A stretch of DNA of 64,000 nucleotides, from assembly GCA_963666215.2 (NCBI GenBank), contig CAXWPL010000004.1, positions 960,001 through 1,024,000 on the forward strand. The letters run 5' to 3'. Below, in pieces: positions 1 to 8,933 of this stretch. A program made the translations under genes and the position numbers. Numbering within the stretch: position 1 is the first letter of the stretch; each line of letters starts with the position of its first letter. The DNA comes from Acidobacteriota bacterium. Lineage in GTDB: Bacteria > Acidobacteriota > UBA890 > WLXD01. A model generated the notes under the pieces. That model was not told the origin of the DNA and searched no databases. It was given only the letters and a program-made list of their open reading frames with translations.

Positions 1-1069
1 TGGTGGCGCCGCCGTCGAGCGTGTAGGCGAACGAGGAGGTCAGGAAGTAGGCCTCGTTGGGGTCGTCGGGCGCCACGAAGCAGTTGTTGTAGTAGGCGCT
101 GCGACCGGTGAGATTACGGTTGGAGTTCACCAGCCGCCAGGAACCCGCGCCGTCGTCCGAGCGCCACAGCTCTCCGGCCTCGGTGTCGGCCTCGTGCCAG
201 GGTACGCCGTCCCCGGTTTCGATGAGTGCGTAGACGCGCTTCGAATCGGACGGCGTCATGCAGACATCGATCTTGCCGATCGGCAGGCCAGGCAAGCCGC
301 GCCCCTGCAACCTCTCCCAGGTGTCACCGCCGTCGCGGCTCATGTGGATGGCGCTACTCGGCCCGCCGCTCTCGCGGTTCCAGGTGTTGACCGACACCTG
401 CCACATGCCGGCGAACAGAATCCGCGGATTGTTCGGATCCATCTCGATGTCGGAGGCGCCGGTGTTCTCGTCGACGAACAGCACGTGCTCCCAGCTCGCG
501 CCGCCGTCGGTGGTGCGGTAGATGCCGCGCTCCGGCTGCGGCGCGTGCGCGTGCCCGAGCGCCGCCACGTAGGCGGTATCGGGATCATCGGGATGGACAG
601 CAATGTCGGAGATCCTTCCAGTTGCGTCGAGGCCGACATGGCTCCAGTTCTCACCTCCGTCGGTCGACCTGTACACACCGTTGCCAATCGAGACGTTCGA
701 GCGGATATGCGGCTCGCCGGTTCCCGCCCAGATCACGTTCGGATCCGACGGTGCTACTTCCAGGGCGCCGATCGCGTTCACCGGCTGGTCGTCCATGAGC
801 GCTCGCCAGGTCAGCCCGGCATCCTCGGTCTTCCACAGCCCACCCGAGGCGGCGCCCACGTAGTAGGTCTGATCGTCGTCGGCGACGCCGGCGACCGACG
901 CAACCCTGTTGCCAACCGGGCCGATGTGGCGGAAGTGCAGCGGACCCAGAAGGCTGGAGGCATCCATCTGGGCTCTCACAGGGGCCGGCGTCCCGACGGC
1001 GAGCATGCCAGCCGCCAACAGCAGTGTGAGAGCGAATGGAACGGCGCGGCGGGGAGAGGCTGAGGGCAT
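1..1069 (-). CDS. Secreted BNR/Asp-box (VPS10/sortilin-like) glycosyl-hydrolase-type protein; runs off the left edge
   Basis: Not in the ORF track because it has no stop in the window. My translation from ATG at 1069: MPSASPRRAVPFALTLLLAAGMLAVGTPAPVRAQ...LHFRHIGPVGNRVASVAG...YYVGAASGGLWKTEDAGLTW, then repeated S/TxDGGxxW Asp-boxes. Signal peptide present; GGAG lies upstream. Confidence 0.85.
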   Translation of the reverse strand, partial: MPSASPRRAVPFALTLLLAAGMLAVGTPAPVRAQMDASSLLGPLHFRHIGPVGNRVASVAGVADDDQTYYVGAASGGLWKTEDAGLTWRALMDDQPVNAIGALEVAPSDPNVIWAGTGEPHIRSNVSIGNGVYRSTDGGENWSHVGLDATGRISDIAVHPDDPDTAYVAALGHAHAPQPERGIYRTTDGGASWEHVLFVDENTGASDIEMDPNNPRILFAGMWQVSVNTWNRESGGPSSAIHMSRDGGDTWERLQGRGLPGLPIGKIDVCMTPSDSKRVYALIETGDGVPWHEADTEAGELWRSDDGAGSWRLVNSNRNLTGRSAYYNNCFVAPDDPNEAYFLTSSFAYTLDGGAT

Positions 1070-1107
1070 GGGGGCAACTCCTGATGATCACCGCCACCCG
1101 GGCGGGC

Positions 1108-1629
1108 GCGATGCAAAGCGAGAACGGCTATCGACGGCAGGGATGTACCGCTTGCGCGGCTCGATCACAAGGGCGGAGCCCGATTCAGCCTCCTTCCGAA
1201 CGCGCGGCTCCGACGTCAGCTCGAACGTGTTTCGCCAGGGCGCTGCACCAAGACGTACAGGTAGAAGTAGGTCCACTTGGCAGGGCCTCGCAGTTTGGAT
1301 ATGTCCCACGACCACACCTGTCGGCGAGCAGCTCGGGCTTGTTGTAGGGCGGGTGCACGAGCTGGTTGCGCCGCTCGCCGCCCTCGCCCTGGGCGGCGAG
1401 GATCCGATCACGTGATCGCCGTCAGCTGATCGCAGGTTGGCAAGCTGCGCGTCTCGGGGATCGGGCGCCGGCCGGCCGCGTGGCTTAGCCAGCGCCACCA
1501 ATGCCCCGGCGTCACGCTGCTTGCGCCACACCGACAGATGCGACCGCTCGCCCTCTTCCTCAGTAATTATCCAACCTCCATCGTCTCACCCCACGTTGGC
1601 AGAGAGGGGCGATGCAAAGCGAGAACGGC
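1108..1629. repeat. 21-bp perfect direct repeat GCGATGCAAAGCGAGAACGGC (1108-1128 and 1609-1629)
   Basis: Read directly in the sequence. The two copies bracket the IS3 remnant, and the right copy sits where the IS6 transposase is cut. Confidence 0.9.
1240..1550 (-). pseudogene. IS3-family transposase remnant (orfA and orfB fragments, heavily deleted)
   Basis: Minus-strand fragments SHLSVWRKQRDAGAL..RGRP (orfA-like) and RILAAQGEGGERRNQLVHPPYNKPELLA / VWSWDISKLRGPAKWTYFYLYVL (start of the rve integrase core), in shifted frames. Confidence 0.7.
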
Positions 1630-1950
1630 CACAGGTAGTGCCTCTGGCCCCGGATCGTGACGAAGACCTCGTCCAAGAACCAAGCGTCCCCGAGTCGGCC
1701 TTGCCGCTTCCGGAGCTCGGCCGCGTACTTGGGTCCGAACTTGGCGCACCAGTACCGGATTGCTTCGTAAGAAACGGTGACGCCGCGTTCCGCTAGGAGA
1801 TCTTCGACATCACGAAGGCTGAGGCAGAAGCGGTGGTAGAGCCAAACGGCGTGGCTGATGATCTCAGGCGGAAAGCGATGCCGATGGTAGTTGTGCCCGT
1901 CGTTGCTCATCGGCGCACTCTGCCAGGCGACCGGTTAACTTGACAGTGCC
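1630..1950 (-). mobile_element. IS6-family element, truncated copy 1 (left IR plus 5' part of the transposase)
   Basis: IR GGCACTGTCAAGTTAAC at 1950-1934 (IS26-like GGCACTGT end). The ORF from 1910 reads HRFPPEIISHAVWLYHRFCLSLRDVEDLLAERG...WFLDEVFVTIRGQRHYLW and then loses similarity. Confidence 0.85.
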
Positions 1951-1978
1951 TCTGCTCGGTCGGCAGACCGCTCTCTTC

Positions 1979-3208
1979 CTACGACCTGGCATGCGCTGCC
2001 TTCGCCTGGCTGAGAGCTTCGGTGATCGCCTCGAAAAATGCCGATCGATGGTGCGAGAACTCCCTGCCCGTGGCACGCGGCCATGCGCTTTGGGTCACGA
2101 TGATCAAATCCTCCGCCGGATCGATATGGATCGCCTGGCCGTAGATACCGGTGGCGCTGTAGGCGCCGTTGTCGCGCAACCACCAGAGCTGACCGTAGCC
2201 ATCGTTAGCCGGCGACGGTGCCGTCGACTCCGCCATCCAATCGTCGGGAAGAACTCGGCTGCCGTCGCGCAAGGCACCGCCGCCCATGGCGAAAACACCG
2301 ATCCGCCCATAGTCCCGCAGCGTGGCGCTGAGGCAACAGCCACCGTGTTCACCGCCGCCCTCGGTCAGCAGCAACCAGTTGGCATCATGCTCCATACCGA
2401 AGGGGCGCCAGATCCTGTGTTCGAGGTAGGTCGACAGGTTGTTGCCGATGGCAGCCCGCAACACGGCGCCCAGCAAGTTTGTCTCGCCGGTGTTGTAGTT
2501 GAAGACCTCCCCCTGTGCCGCCACCCGCGGCTTGGCGCTCAGATAGCGGAGCCTGTTGAGGGCGCTGCCGCCGGTGCTGGCGACGTCGGAAGCGGGGTCG
2601 ACATAGTCCTCGTTCCACTCGACGCCCGAGGCCATCTGCATGGCGTGGCGAATCGTCACGCCCTCATACGCAGAGGCCGCCAGGATCGGCAAGTAATCGG
2701 TGACCGGCGCATCAAGTGACGCAATGTAGCCGTCGCGCACAGCGGCTCCGATCAGGAGCGAGACGACCGACTTGGCGACCGAGAACGAATACCATCTGGT
2801 CTGCGGCGTATTGCCCGCGGTGTAACGCTCGAGAGCGATGTCCCCGTCCTCGATGATCAATAGGCCGACGACGTGGTTGTGCTCGAGGAATCCGTCCAGG
2901 TCGAAAGACGCACCCTCCACTTCGTAGCGCACGGCGGACAGATCGCGCTCGCGCTTCGGCAGCGGGAAAGGGTTCTCGCTCGCCGCCATCGCCCGCGTCG
3001 GATAGATCTTGTCGATGTTGCGATAGCCACGGAGCTGCTGTTCCGGGGTCCACCTCAGGATGTTTTCCAGGATGCCGAACCCGGACCAATCCTCACCGTC
3101 TGTCGGCGCTGCCACCCGCTCGCTGTCGGGCGCGCAGGCGGCGAGGGCGACCGACAAAACAGCGATGAAGACGCCTTTGCCTGCCGTTCCCATGGTTTCT
3201 CTCATCAT
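1979..3208 (-). CDS. Serine hydrolase lipoprotein, beta-lactamase class C / 6-aminohexanoate-dimer hydrolase (NylB)-like
   Basis: Lipobox LAAC, SxxK (SVAKS), YxT (FNYNTG) and a C-terminal ATGIYGQ motif. Confidence 0.85.
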   Translation of the reverse strand: MMRETMGTAGKGVFIAVLSVALAACAPDSERVAAPTDGEDWSGFGILENILRWTPEQQLRGYRNIDKIYPTRAMAASENPFPLPKRERDLSAVRYEVEGASFDLDGFLEHNHVVGLLIIEDGDIALERYTAGNTPQTRWYSFSVAKSVVSLLIGAAVRDGYIASLDAPVTDYLPILAASAYEGVTIRHAMQMASGVEWNEDYVDPASDVASTGGSALNRLRYLSAKPRVAAQGEVFNYNTGETNLLGAVLRAAIGNNLSTYLEHRIWRPFGMEHDANWLLLTEGGGEHGGCCLSATLRDYGRIGVFAMGGGALRDGSRVLPDDWMAESTAPSPANDGYGQLWWLRDNGAYSATGIYGQAIHIDPAEDLIIVTQSAWPRATGREFSHHRSAFFEAITEALSQAKAAHARS

Positions 3209-3253
3209 TTACGATCGGCTGATGCGGACGCCGTAGCTTGGCGGCGTAGCGGG

Positions 3254-3794
3254 GGCACTGTCAACTTAACTTCCTGAGTCGGCCGCGCGGCGGTGCCCGC
3301 CTCCGAGAGACGGCTCCTCAGGAAGCGGTGGCCTCCTGCCAAACGGTCAGGGATCGGGTCCGCAGGAGTCGGTAGTTTGCTGCTCGCAAGCGGTGTCGCC
3401 CTAGCCGGAAGAGGTTGAGAATGACGCCGTGCACTGCCAAGAAACGCTGAGCCTGCGCCGCTGACTTGAACCGCCGCATCTGGCGTTCTCGTTGCCGAGT
3501 GGGCTGGTGCGACGCCTCGGCTCGGTTGTTCGCGTAGCACCCAGTGACGTGCTCCACCGACAGCATCACGGCACGATGCGCGGCGCCGTAACTTGCGAGC
3601 TTGTCTGTGATCAGCCACCGAGGTTCGCTCCCTCGGCTAGCAGATCTTCGACGGCTCGGAAGCTCAGGCAGAAACGATGATAGAGCCAGACCGCGTGGCT
3701 GATGATCTCGATTGGGAAACGATGTCTGCGATAACGGCCCAGGGCGTTGGTCATCGCCGCACTCTGCCAGCAGCGCCGTTGAGTTGACAGTGCC
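3254..3794 (-). mobile_element. IS6-family element copy 2: both IRs present, transposase internally deleted (non-autonomous)
   Basis: IRs GGCACTGTCAACTTAAC (3254-3270) and reverse-strand GGCACTGTCAACTCAAC (3794-3778). The tnp N-terminus MTNALGRYRRHRFPIEIISHAVWLY..LLAE (ATG 3754) joins out of frame to ..LITDKLASY..NNRAEASHQPTRQRERQMRRFKS (stop 3318). Confidence 0.88.
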
Positions 3795-3850
3795 CCTTGC
3801 GCCGCTGAACGCTACGGCTCAGGCTCCAGCGGCACGAGATCGTAGCCGAG

Positions 3851-4855
3851 CTACACCGAGCCGTCGTCGAGCAGAAGGTGCTCGTGGACCACTCGCGGGT
3901 CGGTGGGTTCTCCGTCGAGCGTGTCGAGAATGTGCGGCAGCAGGCCGCCCTCGGGGTCGATATCGGCGTCGAGAATGTAGACAGGGGCACCGTCGATCTC
4001 GCCAGGAATCAAGGTCAGCTGCAGGTTGCCGTAATGCTCGTTGGTCTTGATCGAGCGGATTCTCCGCTTGGCGAATCGCGAGCGCAGAAGCGGCGGAAGG
4101 TTGTCGAAATGGGCGTCGGAGGCTTGGCGCCGCACGTCCAGGGTGTCGGCGTTGTCGTACAGCCGCTTCACCAGCCGCGCCCCCTGGTCCGAGATATAAG
4201 CCAAGATCCGCTCCTGGTCGACCAAGATGATCTGCTCGAGGAAATCGGACCAGGGTCGTCCGCGTCCGGGCGCCTTGGTCATGCGCAGCTTCGCGTAGAC
4301 GTTCAACAGGCCAGCCTTGGTGGCCGCGGAGATCGAGCCGTTGTCGTACTGCTCCGCACCCAGTGCTCCCAATAGGCGAAACCCTTCGTCTTCCGCGTCG
4401 TCCTTGAGCCAAATCTCGCTCGAGGTCGCGAGCAGCGTTTTCAGGTGAGCCGCCGACGTGGGCAGCTCGTCCCAAGCAGCGAAGCGGTAGTCGAAGTGGT
4501 CGCGGTTGAGCAGCACCACGACGTCGATGTCGAGAGGGTCGGAAGCGTCGTTGGCGCGAAACGTCGTCTTGGTCGGGTAGTAGAGCGTGGGTTCAACGTA
4601 CAGGGTGAACTGCTGCTCCAGACCCATGCTCGTCGGATGCTCGAAGGTCACACCTTCGGGGGTGACCTGGAGATCGCTCGCGGTCCATTCCTGGGGCCCC
4701 TTGAGGCGGAACGTCGTCGACGGGTCTCCAACCGGCACGCCGTTCGCGTCGATGAGCACGATCGTCAGCGGGACCGCAGCGGCGGCGCAGGCGAACTGGA
4801 TGACCAGGGCACAAAGGACGGTCGTCCACCGGCCCCGGTTCGAGGCGCTACGCAT
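3851..4855 (-). CDS. Hypothetical secreted protein
   Basis: 334-aa ORF with a signal-peptide-like N-terminus, AAGGAG RBS and coding-like codon usage; no family recognised. Confidence 0.7.
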   Translation of the reverse strand: MRSASNRGRWTTVLCALVIQFACAAAAVPLTIVLIDANGVPVGDPSTTFRLKGPQEWTASDLQVTPEGVTFEHPTSMGLEQQFTLYVEPTLYYPTKTTFRANDASDPLDIDVVVLLNRDHFDYRFAAWDELPTSAAHLKTLLATSSEIWLKDDAEDEGFRLLGALGAEQYDNGSISAATKAGLLNVYAKLRMTKAPGRGRPWSDFLEQIILVDQERILAYISDQGARLVKRLYDNADTLDVRRQASDAHFDNLPPLLRSRFAKRRIRSIKTNEHYGNLQLTLIPGEIDGAPVYILDADIDPEGGLLPHILDTLDGEPTDPRVVHEHLLLDDGSV

Positions 4856-5261
4856 GAATCGACTCCTTGCTTCCGTCGGCGGGGACGCCGCGAGCCTAGC
4901 GGCGCGTCGAGATCCTTGTCAATGGCGAAGCCGACGATGACACGGCAGCCGCAGTTTACGCAGTACGCAGTCGCAGCTGTTCTCGGCGCGGTTCTACGAC
5001 GACCTGGTGACCTCGTAGTGCCGCTTGCGGCGACCACCCCGTTCCAGCGAAGAAGCCCATCGTCAAGCCTGATAGGCCGTCCGCGGGTCGTTGCGGCGTC
5101 CGGTCGCGGCGTGTCACTCTCGCAGGGGCCGCCGGCAAGCTCGCACCAGGCGGTTTTCTGCAGGTCGCGTTTGCGGTCTGATTTTTCCGGGAGTAAAATC
5201 CGGCGACGTTCTTGGCGTAGATAAGGAAGCGGAACCCCCTGCTGCCAATGGAGGCTCCCCG

Positions 5262-5453
5262 ATGAGACTCATCGTCGCTATCTTCCTGCCGTTCCTGGCC
5301 TTTTTCACGATCGGCCGCCCGTTCTCTGGCATTTTCTGCCTGATCCTGCAGCTCACGATCATCGGCTGGATCCCCGCGGCCTTCTGGGCCGTGTACTCGC
5401 TCGGTCAGTACAAGACCGACAGAAAGATCGCCGCCGCCTTCGGGTCGCGCTAA
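5262..5453 (+). CDS. YqaE/Pmp3-family small membrane proteolipid
   Basis: MRLIVAIFLPFLAFFTIGRPFSGIFCLILQLTIIGWIPAAFWAVY..., with GGAGG upstream of ATG 5262. Confidence 0.85.
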   Translation: MRLIVAIFLPFLAFFTIGRPFSGIFCLILQLTIIGWIPAAFWAVYSLGQYKTDRKIAAAFGSR

Positions 5454-5566
5454 GAGATTCGCTGGCCGCGGGATCGGCGCGTCGTGCCCCGTATGGCGCC
5501 ACTCCGACCGGCGTGTCGTAGGGACGCAGCTCGGTTCTGCGACACGTCCTGAGCGCGCTGTAGCGG

Positions 5567-7684
5567 CTAGTTCCTGCTGCCGCCCGCGTCGTCGGCCTCG
5601 GTAACCGGAGGCTTCAGACGCACGGCCCAGAGGCCGGAGTTGTTGTCGGCAAAGAAGATATTGCCCTTGTGCGGCATGGTGCCCCAGGTGCGGCGGGCGT
5701 TGGCCTTGAAGCCGTCGGGGTCGTCGGCCAGGAAGTAGGCAATCTCGCGGCCTTGCCGGTAAAGGTCGCCGAGGAGCTCGCCCGAGACGTCGACGATTCG
5801 CAGGCCGGCGTTGTAGTAGGCGACGTAAAGGATGTCGTCCTCGATCCAGTAGTTGTGGGTGCCGCCGTAGGGGACCTCGTACCGCGCGATCTCACGCGGC
5901 GCTTCGAGGTCGTCGAACTCGATGACGTGGATCCAGCCGGCGGCTTGCACGGGGGGGCCGACAAAGCGATCGAAGCCGATGGGGTTGCGGTCGCGCGGGA
6001 AGGCCTCGTCGCCAGCGAAGACGTAGAACTTGCCGGCCGACTCGCTCCAGTAGGGGAATCCGGCGTGGTTCCGGCCGGACGGGTAGGCGTAGCTGCCCAT
6101 GAGCACCGGGTTGTTGGGCGAGCCGCCCTTGCCGCCGCCGCCGACATCGACAAGAACGATGCCGTCGCTCCAGTTCGACGACACGGCGACGCCGTTGGTG
6201 ACCCAAACGTCGTGAATCGAATGGCCGGGGGTGTCGAGCTCGAAGCGGCCGACGCGGTAGGGATTGCGCGGGTCTTCGATGTTGATGATGTCGTAGCGCT
6301 GGCCGCCAGAGAGGGCGTAGACGTGGTCTTCGTAAATGAAGACGTTGTGCACGCCGCCGGTCATCTGGTCGTCGTAGCGCGCGAGTACCTGCGCGCCTTT
6401 GTTCTGCATGTCGGACACGTCGTAGATCACCAGGCCGTTCTTGCGATCGCTGGCGCCCTCGCGGCTGATGATTGCGATGGTGCCGGCCTCGTTGACCTTC
6501 ACGTCGTTGACCGTGCGTGCGTCGACCTTGACGGTGTCGATGATCTGCAAGTTGCGTGGGTCGGTGACGTCCCAGAAGTAGGCGTGACCGGCGGCACCCC
6601 AGGTGCCGGTGATGGCGTAGTCGCGGCCGTCCGGCCCTTCCCAAACCCACAGGTCCGAGGTCTTGCGATCGTTCACGCGACCCTGGCCGAGCAGCTCGAT
6701 CTCGTGCTTGGCGTCGCGGGGCTCAACCTCGACCACATCGCTGGCGGAGGCGTTGCCGGCCACGGCGACGACGGTGTAATTGCCAGCTAGATCAGCAACG
6801 AAGCGGCCATCGTCTGTAATCAGGCCAGACGGTGGCTCACCGAGACCACGCGCCACCGTACGCGCCTGCATCGCGAAGCGCACCGGCATCTCGGCAACGA
6901 CGTTCCCCGACGCGTCGCGGGGCGTGGCGCTGAAGTGCACAACGTCGCCAGTGCGCGCCATGTGCGCCGACGCCTCGAGATCGAGGCTCACGGTGGGGTT
7001 GTCGACAACGTGAATGGAGGCGCTATTGGTAGCCGCTTCGGCGTTGACCGTAATCTCCGCATTGCCGGCTCGCAGCAGCTCGAGATGCCCCAGTCGTGAG
7101 ATCCGCACCACGGCGGGCGCACTGCTCGTCAGCTCAGGCTTGACGTCGGAACGCTCGGCGCCGGAGATATCGACAACCGACAGCTCTGGTCGCAGTGTCG
7201 TTCCCGTGTAGTACCGCGTTGGCAAACCGACGAAACCTACAGTTTCGACAGGCGGTGGTGGCACATGAACCGCGATCTCCACCGTGAGCGCGTCGGGATC
7301 GCGGCGCGCGTCGACATCGGGGCTGGAGGGCACACGCGCGATAAGCGCGAAGTCGCCGAACGTGTACGCCTCAACGGTCCCCTCCGGGGTAACCCCAACG
7401 CTGCGACGCGCCCGCGAGAAGAAAAGCACCGTCGCGTCTTCAATCACGTTACCGTCGGCGTCCTTGACGATCGCCGTGAGCTCCGCTTTCCCGCCAACCT
7501 CGATGTCGAGCTCGCTCGGCGTCACCTCAATCGAGGCGGCCTGCGGCGCCTCCGGCTGATCCTCCGCTTGGTTCGTGGTTGCCGCTTGGTTCGGGGCTGC
7601 CGCGATTGTTGGCGCTGCCACAACAAGGAGAACAAGCAGAAGGCAGGCGAGGCCTATCGGGATCGAGGAGGTGGGTCGATGCAT
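5567..7684 (-). CDS. Secreted Ig-like-domain plus LVIVD-repeat beta-propeller protein
   Basis: Signal peptide and Big_2-like N-terminal domains; repeated xxDVxDP / HNxxx / LRIVDVS motifs. Confidence 0.8.
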   Translation of the reverse strand: MHRPTSSIPIGLACLLLVLLVVAAPTIAAAPNQAATTNQAEDQPEAPQAASIEVTPSELDIEVGGKAELTAIVKDADGNVIEDATVLFFSRARRSVGVTPEGTVEAYTFGDFALIARVPSSPDVDARRDPDALTVEIAVHVPPPPVETVGFVGLPTRYYTGTTLRPELSVVDISGAERSDVKPELTSSAPAVVRISRLGHLELLRAGNAEITVNAEAATNSASIHVVDNPTVSLDLEASAHMARTGDVVHFSATPRDASGNVVAEMPVRFAMQARTVARGLGEPPSGLITDDGRFVADLAGNYTVVAVAGNASASDVVEVEPRDAKHEIELLGQGRVNDRKTSDLWVWEGPDGRDYAITGTWGAAGHAYFWDVTDPRNLQIIDTVKVDARTVNDVKVNEAGTIAIISREGASDRKNGLVIYDVSDMQNKGAQVLARYDDQMTGGVHNVFIYEDHVYALSGGQRYDIINIEDPRNPYRVGRFELDTPGHSIHDVWVTNGVAVSSNWSDGIVLVDVGGGGKGGSPNNPVLMGSYAYPSGRNHAGFPYWSESAGKFYVFAGDEAFPRDRNPIGFDRFVGPPVQAAGWIHVIEFDDLEAPREIARYEVPYGGTHNYWIEDDILYVAYYNAGLRIVDVSGELLGDLYRQGREIAYFLADDPDGFKANARRTWGTMPHKGNIFFADNNSGLWAVRLKPPVTEADDAGGSRN

Positions 7685-7945
7685 GCTGCTTCTCCATGTG
7701 GAGGTGGTTTGGCCAAGAGCATCGGAAGGTCAACCTACTGTGCCACCGAGATAAGGGTGGCGAAAGGTGGCGTTCTGGGAGGTGGGCGCGGGATCCGAAG
7801 CCTGGCTTCCAGGTGCCGGACCCACTCGTAGGCCCGTGCTACCGTAGGCACTCTTCCAGTAACTTCTGGTGACTCTTGGAGCCGCGGCGGCCGAGGCTGT
7901 CGCTGCCGCCCCGCCACGCTCCACACCCACGCTAGGGATACGCGT

Positions 7946-8668
7946 ATGTCTTTCGTGTGCAGGTACACGCGCCGAGCCGCTGCGGCTTTGACGCTGCTCA
8001 TGATCATCGGTTGCAACGGCGCCGGCGCCGGCGACGCTGCCACTGGTTCGGCAGCGCTCGAAACCGTCGAAGAGCGCGGCAGCTACGCCATCGGTATGAA
8101 CATGGCACGCGGGTTGCGTGAGCAGCAGGTAGCGATCGAAGCCGAGCAGTTGCTGCAGGGGATGCGGGATGCCCTCGCCGGCACACCCTCGATGAGCGAC
8201 GAGGAGTACGAAGCGGCGCTGATGGCGTTCGAGGAGCGCATGAGTGCCGGGGACCCTGAGGTCACCGATCGGAACCTGCGCGACGGCGAGGCTTTTCTCG
8301 AGGAGAACCGTCAGCGACCAGGTGTCATGGTTACCGACAGCGGTATGCAGTACGAGATCGTTCGCGAAGGCGACGGCCCGAGCCCCGATCTTGGCGATCG
8401 CGTGCGCGTGCACTACCGCGGTCTGCAGATCGACGGCACCGTGTTCAACGACTCCTACCCGAGCGGCGAGCCTGTGGTCTTCGAGCTGGGGCCGGTCATC
8501 CCGGGCTGGAACGAGGGGCTGCCCATGATGAAGACCGGCGGTAAATGGAAGTTCTACTTGCCGCCGGATCTCGGCTACGGGACCAACGATCCGCCAGGCT
8601 CTACCTTCGGTCCCAACGCCACGCTGATTTTCGAGGTCGAACTGCTCGGCATCGTCGGTAAGGAATAA
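7946..8668 (+). CDS. FKBP-type peptidyl-prolyl cis-trans isomerase (FkpA/Mip-like lipoprotein)
   Basis: SYAIG, SGMQYEI, VRVHYRG, VIPGWNEGL and PNATLIFEVELL motifs. Confidence 0.93.
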   Translation: MSFVCRYTRRAAAALTLLMIIGCNGAGAGDAATGSAALETVEERGSYAIGMNMARGLREQQVAIEAEQLLQGMRDALAGTPSMSDEEYEAALMAFEERMSAGDPEVTDRNLRDGEAFLEENRQRPGVMVTDSGMQYEIVREGDGPSPDLGDRVRVHYRGLQIDGTVFNDSYPSGEPVVFELGPVIPGWNEGLPMMKTGGKWKFYLPPDLGYGTNDPPGSTFGPNATLIFEVELLGIVGKE

Positions 8669-8686
8669 GGAATAAGGAATAAGGAA
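8659..8686 (+). repeat. Heptamer tandem repeat (TAAGGAA)x4 across the FKBP stop codon
   Basis: Read directly; degenerate units CAGCGA, TAAGCGA and TACGGA follow. Confidence 0.9.
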
Positions 8687-8933
8687 CAGCGATAAGCGAT
8701 ACGGATTCCGCGGTCAGCGACCAGGAATAGCGCGCTGCGGCCCCTCGCGGGCGCCGTGACGGCTCGAATCCATCGAGTTTCTCGAGAATCCATGGCTTGA
8801 GGCAATCGCGCAGCTTGTGAGTTGTTGCTGTAAGAAAGTGTAAAGAGCGCGGGTTTGTATTTGTGGGCGGGCGGCTCGATCGCTACGCTTTGCGTAGGCA
8901 TTTGGCCTTCTTCGCCCAGCCCCTTTTGCTTGA

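Noticed and set aside
194-1063. Long plus-strand ORF, and similar shadow ORFs such as 31035-32603, 10188-11402 and 5669-6790
   Set aside because: These are antisense shadows of well-supported genes, expected in high-GC DNA, with no motifs.
5470-5550. GTAG-type REP element
   Set aside because: Only degenerate GTAGGG/CCCCTAC-like pieces occur (also near 22561 and 53043), with no consistent repeated palindrome.
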